Assembly: GCF_964355755.1 (NCBI RefSeq)
Contig: NC_092678.1
Coordinates: forward strand, 20,663,365 to 20,727,364
DNA length: 64,000 nucleotides
From: Antedon mediterranea
Lineage: Eukaryota; Animalia; Echinodermata
Reading direction: 5' to 3'
In this document: positions 13,030-23,900 of the stretch, piece after piece
Layout of the letters: the number at the start of each line of letters is the position of its first letter
Position numbering within the stretch: the stretch's first letter is position 1
Made by a program: the position numbers and the translations under genes
Notes under the pieces: generated by a model
Database searches by the model: none
Seen by the model: the letters and a program-made list of their open reading frames with translations, nothing else
What the model was told of the DNA's origin: nothing

Positions 13030-13800
13030 GCAACTAAGAATGGCACCTGTATGTACAGTAATAATACTGTACAATACAGGCTTTCAAAGCTGGATACTGC
13101 TAAGGTTGTCACCAGTATGTATACAGTAATAATACTGTACAATACAGGCTTTCAAAGCTGGATACTGCTAAGGTTGTCACCAGTATGTATACAGTAATAA
13201 TACTGTACAATACAGGCTTTCAAAGCTGGATACTGCTAAGGTTGTCACCAGTATGTATACAGTAATAATACTGTACAATACAGGCTTTCAAAGCTGGATA
13301 CTGCTAAGGTTGTCACCAGTATTTGTACAGTAATAATAATACTGTACAAAACTAGACACTGCTAAAATTGTCACTGGTACGTGTAAGGTAATAATACTTT
13401 ACAATACTAGCTTTCAAAACTGGATACTACTAAGATCGCCACCAGTATTTGTACAGTAATAATACTATACAAAACTGGACACTGCTAAGATTGTCACCAG
13501 TATGTGTACAGTAATAATACTGTACAATACTGGCTTTCAAAACTGGATACTGCCAAGATTGTCACCAGTATGTGTACAGTAGTAGCACTGTGTAATACTG
13601 GCTTTCAAAACTGGATACTGCCAAGATTGTCACCAGTATGTGTACAGTAGTAGCACTGTGTAATACTGGCTTTCAAAACTGGATACTGCAAAGATCGCCA
13701 CTAGTATGTGTACAGCAATAATACTGTAAAAAAAACTGGACCTTGCTAAAGATTGTCACCAGTATGTGTACAATAATAATACTGTACAATACTGGTGTTT
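13030..13800. repeat. 68-bp tandem array in the inferred 3' UTR of the KMT2E/SETD5 gene
   Basis: Unit CAGTAATAATACTGTACAATACAGGCTTTCAAAGCTGGATACTGCTAAGGTTGTCACCAGTATGTATA starts at 13056, 13124, 13192 and 13260. About 11 copies, diverging towards the 3' end. Confidence 0.9.
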
Positions 13801-15452
13801 AAATACTTTTAATTTACAGTATGGTGTTAAAAACTGGAAGTTGTTACTGTACAGTATTTGAAACTGTTAAGATTGGCACCGGTATTTGAACAGCAATGCT
13901 GTACTTCCATCTAATACACAATAAAAACAATGATAAATGATTGGCACCGGTATTTATACAGTAATACAGTACTGTACTACTAACACTATATTTGTTCATA
14001 AATTAGTATAAATAATTTGTTTTCCCCTGTTACTGGTGATCAGGTTTTTAGTGTAATTTGTATTCATGTTTTTATTTCTGTAGTATTATTTTCATCATGT
14101 TTTTGTAATTTTCTTTTGTTGAATCTTAGATAAACTTTTACATTGTAGTTTTATAGAGATTTATTTGTGCATAGTTTTAAATGATTTTATTTGATAGGTT
14201 AAATTGAGTGAACTATTCGTAATTCGTATATATGCAATAAAAAAATGTATATTTAAATAACACTAAACCATGGTCACAATTGTGGGAATTTTATTTTATC
14301 TTTGAAGAACGAAGCAACTTTACAAACAAACCAGTGTTGTTTCATGTACAGTATCTTGTACAACGCTAATTTTTCCTTCGCATAAGGCTTTTGCGTAAAT
14401 GTTAGCGTTTTTCGGCCAGGTTAGAGTTCAATTCAGATTGGTGAAGCGTGCGGTTAAAAAGCTTTGCGGAGAAATCTACTATTTTAAGTCTTGTTGAATA
14501 ATGATTGCGTATTCAAATAGGATGATGATGATAAATTTAGTCCGTTTGTGCATAGTTAGCTAAATTCCATTTTTGTATTGCATAGTTGTAGTGACGTTAG
14601 TATAAATAAAAGAATAGCTGTAGCCTTTGTATTCTGATTGCCTGTAAATAAACTTCGTTTGTATTGTCTTTTTAATTGTTCCATTGCCTCTTTGATGTAG
14701 GGGTTTGTGGGTAATTTAGGGGACTGGGGGATTGGGGTTGGGAAAAGAGGGTGTTGGGATAAATATTTAAGGGTGGGAAAAAGTGGAGAGAGTATAAAGA
14801 TAAAAACAAATTTAATGGAAAAAGTTTAGGGAATAATAATAATAGGAAAACTGAAATCAATTTTATTAAAATGGGAAATTTATTTTAAGAATATTTAACC
14901 ATATTTTGGGTGCAGGAAATGTCAGTAAAGAATTAGGCTTCAAATGAGAACAATAATTCATGCATTTTATGGTTCAGATTACAAACATAATGATTAGAAC
15001 CATATTAACAGAGACTTAACAAAATGTTACTTTAATAGAGGTGTTAAAATAAAAGTTCCTTTAATAGAGGTTGTCCCCTAAATAGAGGTGTTAATTTAAT
15101 CTGAACATCTAATACTTGAAATTGAATCAATTATACTTTGTTTAATTTCATGATTTTATGTATATTTTTATTTAATCGTTCTGTGACTGGATAGATTGTC
15201 TTTTCATGCATTTTAATTTCATAAACATAGTATCATTTATATGGGGTTAAATATTAAATTCTGTTAGGTCAGAATACAGGAATGAGTTGGGCCGTTAGCC
15301 TATTCAATATTTGATACCAAAACCAATTGTAAATGTATTTAAAAATTAAGCTTGATTAAATACAATAGCACTAGGCATGTATGTTGTGTTTGTTTTGTGG
15401 TATAATCTTTAACAATTTTAGTTGTATACTTGTACAAATGATGAATTGTTTA

Positions 15453-15631
15453 AGCTTGGTTCCCACTAGAACGTAACGCAAGGACGTAAACGCAACGCAA
15501 GCGTTTTAACCAATGACAAGCGAAGTTATAGGCAGTTGGCAAGCACAAGCGAATAAGCCATCGCTTGTGATTGATCAATTCACTTGCGTTGCGTTACGTC
15601 TTTGCGTTGCGTCGCTAGTGGGAACCACGCT
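15453..15631 (+). mobile_element. Harbinger MITE, family B
   Basis: TTA|AGCTTGGTTCCCACTAG...CTAGTGGGAACCACGCT|TTA with a largely palindromic body containing ACGCAA repeats. Confidence 0.85.
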
Positions 15632-16449
15632 TTATGAGTAGAATGATGAAAATATTTGTTTTATTACATACCTAACATAACCAATTCAAATGAATCCATC
15701 TTGAATCGTTGTCATCGTTGGACTCCAGGGTAGTTATGGTCTTCACGCGCTACAGGTTTTCAAACATGGATCAGTCAACATTGTCAAAAAGCTTTCTTTC
15801 TTTCATTTATTTGGCATCTCAATAAATAACATTAAAAATACATCAATCAAGCTGGATGTTCAATAGTATACGTTTATTGTTCATTAGTGCAAAATAATGA
15901 ACAGCACATGATGCGTAATTAACCAATGAAATGGCAAGAATACAATCAAGTGTGTTATAAAATTTAAACAAGTGTTTGAGTTGAAAGGGGAAAATATTTA
16001 CGAGTCAAACAGAACAATATTTCAATACAGATATGTTTCAAGAAGAAAAATTCTGAATACTTTCAACAATCTGATCATTCATTAGTACCATTATATCGTT
16101 TTCGTTTCGTTTTTGTTTATTTATTTTTTCCACTCACATATATATATATATATAATTTACACAACATATATTAAATGTGGGTGGATGGAGGTCACAGGCA
16201 GGATATATGATTAACCAATCAAATGGAAAGAGAATACACTCAGGTGTGTTGTTATATGTATTTCACCGGTTTTTTTTAATAGCCTATGGAAAACAAAAGG
16301 TTTTAAAGTTAATTCTGTGAAAAAAACAATTTGTTTGCCAAGTTTTGTTAAATCATTTTTGAATATCTGTGCATAACTTAAAAATCAAAGGCAAAAAAAA
16401 TGGACACCTTAGGGATCTAAAAAAGTGTAGGGAGACACATGAAAGTTCT

Positions 16450-16660
16450 AAATGGAATATGACTTCCTCTGTTTTTACTATCCACATTGTCCACTTTGGG
16501 CCTTTATACATTAATTACATCATACACCTTTAGAGGGGAAATCCTTAATATGCCTATTGTGTTTATATAATTATATATACCACATTCATATTCTTCCCAT
16601 TACGGGTTTTACCCACATTTAATTGCAGCAGCAATCAGGGTGGTACTTTTTGAAGTAGGT
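16450..16660 (+). promoter_or_regulatory. Putative promoter and non-coding exon 1 of the DD-only gene
   Basis: kB-like GGGGAAATCC (16535-16544) and GGGTTTTACCC (16604-16614), TATA-like TTTATATAA (about 16562), ETS-like ACTTCCT (about 16462), donor TAG|GTAATT at 16658/16659. The coding exon at 17321 begins with an acceptor, so an upstream exon is required. Confidence 0.45.
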
Positions 16661-17329
16661 AATTTGATATTTTTTTATGTAATTTCAACTTTATGAGAAT
16701 AGGTTGATTTGAAGGCTTACTGTATTGTAGGGAGTAAAAAGTAAGGCATTTTTTGATAAAGAATTTGTTTCTCTAATAACATGCGTAACTTAATTAAATT
16801 ATTATGTATTAATTGAGGCCTACCTGTATAATATACTTTAGCATAGAACATGTAGGCCTATGCACTTTTCTAGCCATGTTCATTTCATTGTATAAAAACA
16901 TCTTGAATAACTTTCAGGGTTTGTTTTCAATCACACTGCATGCACTCCTATAGGGCTGGCTACAGTGGTGTAACATGGGGAGAAAAATACAATTATTAGA
17001 CACTTATAGTTCCATTATGCTTAATGATAAGAGTTATTCATAGTACAGTACAAATAAATTTTCTTAAAATATTAACCAGGCATAGAAAGTCATGCCTTTT
17101 ATTAAAATATAATTGAAGAAAACATTATATTAACTATTCAAATGCCATGGAATTTCCACCAAAAAAGGTTGAAAATTAACTCTAGTAAAAATGTATTATG
17201 CTCGACTACTAGAGTATAGGTGGATTCAAGGGGGGAAAGCCATCCTCTATTTCAAAATCCTGGATCTGTCACTTTAACAATTTAAAATGCTTATTAGAGT
17301 TTACGTTTCTTTTATTTTAGCTAATCATC

Positions 17330-19609
17330 ATGGCTTCAAAAAGCGCATTGTCGCTGGACATGTTGATCAGATGTATGCCATATTCTTCACAGAAAATAAT
17401 CTGTGACATGATGGATGTAGGTTCTGACAAAAACAACTGGGAGGCTTTAGCAGGATCAATTAAAGACCCAAAAACAAAAGAAAACAGATATTCACTATTA
17501 GATATACAGTAAGTTTCACTAATTCATTTGATGTTTGAGCACACCATTTGCTTGTTGAGTTGGTTTGTCAAAAAATCAACTACGTAACTTAATATCATTA
17601 ATGTTTTTGTTAAATATGACATTTTAATGTTACAATAGTTATTGAATTCACAAAAAAAAACATATTTACCTGAAAACCCCATTGACTAGAATTCAGTTTT
17701 TTGTTCAATTTAACCATTATTTTATAAGTGAAACATTTGTTTTGATTTTTTTTGCTATTAAAGTGATTAACTTTATTAAAACTACAAAATTGCTTATTCA
17801 AAGTCTGATTTTATAATCTTCATTATTCAGTACATCCTTAAGTATGACCATTTCTGTTTTAAATCTCCAATTTCAAAAACCAATCTGAAAGGCATGAATG
17901 GAAAATGTTGCACAACATTTTATGATATTAAAAACATTTATTAAACACTTTTAACTGTAAGCCTATGAACAAATGATAATTGGGTATTTGTATTTTTCAT
18001 TAAAAGTAAGTGCCTAGTATTTGCAAGTAAAAGAAAAACAATGTTTTAATGTTGATGATCATGATAAATTAATGTTGTGATTTTATCATAACCACTGAAT
18101 GTGTTAAAACTGCAACCAAAGAAGAGACATATCTTGAATAACTTTCAAGGTTTTTTTTATTAGACATTTTGGTTTGGAGTTGAAACGGGATAAGAGCATG
18201 ACAAGGGCAGTGTTGACAAACTGGGGAACTCAAGAAACAACTGTTCAGCAACTGTTTGAGGTTCTCGTAGAAATTGGCAGAAAAGATGTGATTACAGAAA
18301 TTATGCCTGGTAAGTAACATAAAGGTTAGAGTACTAAGAGTGAAAATATCTTGTATAACAGGTTGTGAATAGCCTTTTTTATATAATGTTTGCTAGAAAA
18401 TCATAACATTTAGCAAGGTTGAAAGAATTCCAAAATGTCAACACACAGAGTAATATGGAGGACTGTTAACAAAGAACAGAAAACTAAGAATAGATAATTT
18501 CTAATTTTAAAGATATCAAGGGCAGAATTGTATTGTATAGGAAGGGTTTTGATTTTAGCAATTTGTTACGTGCAATTATGAAAAGGAATGTTGCCTGTTT
18601 CGTTTTTACTTGCGAGTGAGTTGACCATACTTTGTACTCTAAGAAACAGGAGTAATCTACTGCAGTATATATTGTAAAGTTTTCTGGAGATTATTTTCTT
18701 AATATTTTTTATATATATATACGGTATAGATTACAACCAGAAAACCCAAAAACAACTGGTGAAGCAGAATCCACATCATCTGCTAGGTGAGCCTCAAGTT
18801 GGCAGGAATAAGATCCACACTACAAGCATTGAAGCAGGCCTGAAAGAGATGACTATTAGCGGTGACACTCAAAGCCCCTTGAGCATGGTAACAACAGCCA
18901 CAGTGAAGGCAGAAAAAATACAAACTATGGACACAAAACAAGGTACTGTATAGTAGATGTAAAGGTGGTTCCCACTAGCGACGCAACGCAAGGACGTAAC
19001 GCAACGCAAGTGAATTGACCAATCACAAGCGATGGCTTATTCGCTTGTGATTGCTAACTGTCCATAACTTCGCTTGTCATTGGTTAAAACGCTTGCGTTG
19101 CGTTTACGTCCTTGCTTTACGTTCTAGTGGGAACCAAGCTTAACTTGTGGCCAAATTTGAAAAGATCTAGCAACCTAATACGGTCTGTCAACAGGTAGAC
19201 AACAAATACTGTACTCAGTAATACAAGTAGGATTTACCTCAAAATTTATTATTAGTATTATTATAAAGTAGTATAGAAAAAACTTTCAAATCATGTAATC
19301 AAACTTATTAGTGAGCCATCTATTATGAATCATATGGTAGATTTACTTAAATACACAACCACAAAAAAATATCTTTAATTTTATTCAGAGTTTGTTTGAT
19401 AAGAAAAGGTTTAATGTTATTGATTGTAAATGTAACTACAAAAAGTCTTAATTAAATATAGTGTACTTTTTCAGTAGCATTCTAAAAGACAAATAATTAA
19501 ATATTCATTTCTATAATAAATCAAATTTACAGAGCAACTGGAAACACAGAATCTACGAAAGAAAAGTACGTGGCAAGGACATTGCGCAACTTATAGCATG
19601 AGCATTTAA
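17330..19609 (+). CDS. Death-domain-only IRAK4-like protein lacking the kinase domain (about 204 aa)
   Basis: Exons 17330-17508, 18164-18309, 18730-18942, 19533-19609 (TAA); 615 nt, in frame. The first two coding exons have the same lengths (179 and 146 nt) and phases as the neighbouring IRAK4, with 65/108 identical residues by hand count. IRAK4-type DD motifs: [30 protein letters not shown] at about 19870. The last exon is less certain than the others. Confidence 0.82.
18963..19140 (-). mobile_element. Harbinger MITE, family B
   Basis: Near-identical inverted copy of 15453-15631; TAA target-site duplication. Confidence 0.85.
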
Positions 19610-20224
19610 ATAACCATGCCTAGTACGAAGCAATCGTCAGTGTCAAGTTAAAGCAGTATCATCAACCGACATGCACACAATAGCAATCTTTGTTTCTCAC
19701 AGATTTCCTCATATTTATCGTTTAAAAATTAATTATTTTTAGTATATAACAAAGTGGCTTAGAATTCCATCTATGCTTGTAAATGCTTATATCATTTTTT
19801 GAAGTAAATCTATTTTTTAACCTGTTGTGATCATTTTATATTTTTTATATACAGTACTTGTTTTCTGACAATAAAGTTGAATATTATGATTCGAACTCTG
19901 TTCAAACAGTGAATTTTGTTGTGAATAATATTATAGTATTTTGCAAAGAACGTTCGTTGAGTTTTTGCACTCTTTGTGTTCATAATCAGTGTACAATGTC
20001 CCGCATAACTGGCTCAGCCTATATATTGTGTTAGTTCTGCGGTACATTTAACTTGAAACCTGAGCTACGCACAACAAGATCTAATAAGATCGAAACAGTA
20101 CTGTCTGCAGATTGGATATTTATATATATATTTTAAATTGTGGGTGGAAAGATTTACCAAATTTGTTGTGGAAAAAATGCGGCCTATACTATGTAAACTT
20201 TTTACCAATCGAAAAGCATGTGCT

Positions 20225-20550
20225 TTGCTTACTGATCCGCGCATGCGTCATGCTGACACTTGCCGTATGGATGGAAAATGTAATAAATTATGATTACGTC
20301 AATTCTGGGCCTTCGTACATTGATTACGTCATTGTACAGTTGTTTTTTATTTACAAAGGGATAAAACCCGGAAGTTTGTGTTTTTTCCTCACACACGTCC
20401 GCTAAACTAAGTATGTGCGGTGCTTATGATGCTGCTACTTTAGGCCTAGCTACTCATCATATTTGTTGATCCAACAAAGGTTGTCATTCTTTAATGCGCT
20501 GTTGAAACCAGCAGAAGATACGTTGTGCGTGTTACATTCTCCATGTAAGT
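20225..20550 (+). promoter_or_regulatory. Putative promoter and non-coding exon 1 of IRAK4
   Basis: Local CpG enrichment; TGATTACGTCA twice (20291, 20321); GGGATAAAACCC overlapping ETS CCGGAAGT (20358-20375); donor CAT|GTAAGT at 20544/20545 followed by TAGGCCTA motifs. Confidence 0.55.
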
Positions 20551-20951
20551 TGTTTATTTCAAGTAGTAGTAGCGGCAGGCTATACATAGGCCTAGCAGTA
20601 TAGCTAGGCCTACAGCAGCTGTAAACATTTTTCGTACCCTAAAAAACTATCATACCTCCCCACGACCACAGGGCTTTGAAAATAATAGCGGGCCTAACTC
20701 TCCGAGGCTTGCTGTCATTACCTGTGTACGGGCTATGTAATAATATTTTGTAATATTCTTTGTAAATCCATTAAGGTTAAATTCATTTATTTGCTCTTCA
20801 TTTTTCATTTAAACTGAGAACCATCTTATATTTTTAAATTATATTATACATTTTCCTTCAAATGTATTAACAGACATTTTGTTTTAAAATGATCAGTTTA
20901 ATTTGATAAAAAATAAATCTTGATTTATCATTTTTATTAGCCGACGTCATT

Positions 20952-23900
20952 ATGCCTCTAAAAAATAAATTGTTGCCGGACATGTTGATACGGAAGATGC
21001 CGTTTGGTCCACGCCGGACCATCTGCCGGCATATGGACATAGACTCAAACACTAACAACTGGGAGGCTTTAGCAGGGTCGATAATTGACCCCAGAACCAA
21101 TTCCAACAGATATTCAATGAATGATATTGAGTGAGTTTTAAAATAATTATTGGTAGTGTATAATATAGCGTTTTATATCCTTTTAGACCGGGCGCCCGGA
21201 AGATTTATTCATGTGAAAAGATACAAAAGGTTTGATGATGTAGTTAGGTGCGTATTAGGGTGAGATGCAATATTCGACATTGCTGCCGGGTCACAGCCTG
21301 TACATAGGGCCTGTGGGGATCATAACATAGGGGGGTAAAAATGCATTTATTCATGTGAAGCAATACAAGGATAAACTTTTTTGGATATCATTCGCAGTGG
21401 GCTACTAATGATTACATCACCAATGACAGCAACTTTATCCTGTACGGGGCGCCAAACAGCAACATTTGAGGGTCACGCCCAAATGGGTTTATTCATGTGA
21501 AGCGATACAAGGTTGAATCTTTTTTTAATGGCAGCAGTACATATTGGGGATGACAAAAACACCAATGACAGCAACTTTATTCTGTACATAAGCTCAGACA
21601 GCAGCCCTAAAGGTCCGCAGTTTCCCCCTATTCGGCTATATACTCGGCGCGTATGTCGTCTTATGGCGTTCAGCTGAGTTAGAAATACGTGATACGGACT
21701 CGGACTGACAATAAATACACAGTAGAATGATAAAACAATAAATAAAGAGAGCAGTTGTTTGCTGTACCAAATCATCAAACATCAAACTCTTAGGAACTCG
21801 CCCAAAATGTGTTTATCCATGAAGTATGAATCATTTTTAAAAAAAATGTTGTTTTTTTCACTTTATCCGGTACACAGCAGCTCAAATGCCCGAGGCTCCA
21901 TTCGTGATCAACAATGTCGATAATACAAACACATTCACGATAACGAGTGACTTTTATTTTATAATTGAAATATATCTTTATTTTGGAATAATAAATAACA
22001 CCAACAAACACTTAACTAACAGCAGATTTGTATTTTAGGGTAACATTTTGAACAATCAATTTTATATCAAAATCATTATTTCGATCAAAATAATATAATT
22101 TAAGAATATTTTTCAGATAAACTAAATAATTACACTCATAATGATCGACACCGGTACCTATTATTGTACATTATTATTATAACTCGATTTAAATATTGTT
22201 TTAATTACACACTAGACACTATAGTGATATGTCTATATGAAAGAAGGCAACGAAATTTAAATTTGCAACATTTTTTAACATAACATAACATAATAGTAAA
22301 GTAAATAATAGTTCGAATTCAACATAATTAGTAGCCCACTGCGAATGATATCCAAAAAAGTTTATCCTTGTATCGCTTCACATAAATAAATGCATTTTTA
22401 CCCCCCTATGTTATGATCCCAGCAGGCCCTATGTACAGGCTGTGACCCGGCAGCAATGTCGAATATTGCATCTCACCCTAATACGCACCTAACTACATCA
22501 TCAAACCTTTTGTATCTTTTCACATGAATAAATCTTCCGGGCGCCCGGTCTATTTAGTGTGAAGTACTGTATACACTCATCAGAAATATCTGAAGAAGAA
22601 TGAAATACAAACAGGTAAAAGCCTATGTACGCAAAATTTGTCAAATAACACTTGGTTCCTACTTGACGCAACACAAGTTACAATTCAGGTGATCCATTAT
22701 TTGCAGTGCACATCTGTCAAGCTTAAAGGCCCATTCACACTAATACAATAACGATGGACGATAACTAGATAAATATTTGTTTATGTTTATATTGTTACAA
22801 GTTTTAACACACGCTTAGTTTTTCCCAGAGTAATGTTTTATAATACTGTGTAAAAAACACATTAGAAAGATATCGCTGTGTTATTTCAATACTTTTACAT
22901 CTCTTCTCAACAAGTTAGCCTAGTTATTTCAACAACAAAAAATTATTTTAACTGATATGAATGAAGTTTTGTTTAAAATTAATTTCTATGGCCCTTTTTT
23001 CTCTTTTAAGAAATTTTCGCTTAGAATTGAGAAAAGGCAATAGTATTACAGAAGCAGTTTTGCGAGATTGGGGAACACAAGAAACAACAGTTGAACAACT
23101 TTTGGAGGTTCTCTTTGAGCTTGGCAGACATGATGTGATCTCAGATATCATGCCTGGTAAGGTATAAATATGGTGACCCAGCAAGGACTAAATGAATAGT
23201 ATCATTTTGTTTAGTGTCATACTGTAGGCAACACGTGCCCTATGGCCCAGCGAGGTATAATCCTGATCTTGTAGATTTTTATAATGATTGTGATATTTTT
23301 GTGAATAAACATCATCTAAAATGTTTGATTGATTTTTTAGAATATGCTGTGATATTTTTTTAGAAACGCCTGTGTCATAGGTCATAAATCTAACCTAACT
23401 AGCATAGTATAAGCACATGTGACACTGTATTTGCCAATGATACAGAACAAATCATGTTGAGATACTGTACAGTACAGAGAATCTGCGTTTGATAATCTAA
23501 AACTAACTCCGAAAAATGTTAGGCAAGCCATTATTATTCTATATTTAAAAATGTTCATCTTGAGGAATGCCAGAAAGCTAGTCTTCCAGATATTTAGGTC
23601 GGATCATTTCGTTTAACTGATTCCTCTCCATTGTAATTGAACTCTGACCCTGATTTGGACAAAGTTTACACCACACATAATTTATTAGTATACTGAACAA
23701 CTTTTTAATTTCAGAGTATTTGGAACCGAAGACAGTTGAAATAGCCAGTAATCCCCATGCAAGCTTTGAGATTGTCGGGGAGCACGGAGAGCCACCAATC
23801 GGCAAGGATGTGGACGACGTCACAACCAGTAGCATTGAAAAGGGCATTGCAGATGTGAAGATAGATAATACTACCAGTCAGCTTACTCCAAGTCAATCAA

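Noticed and set aside
17330-19609. DD-only gene as an assembly artefact or decayed pseudogene
   Set aside because: About 40% protein divergence and unrelated introns exclude a haplotype duplication; the intact frame and splice sites argue against decay.
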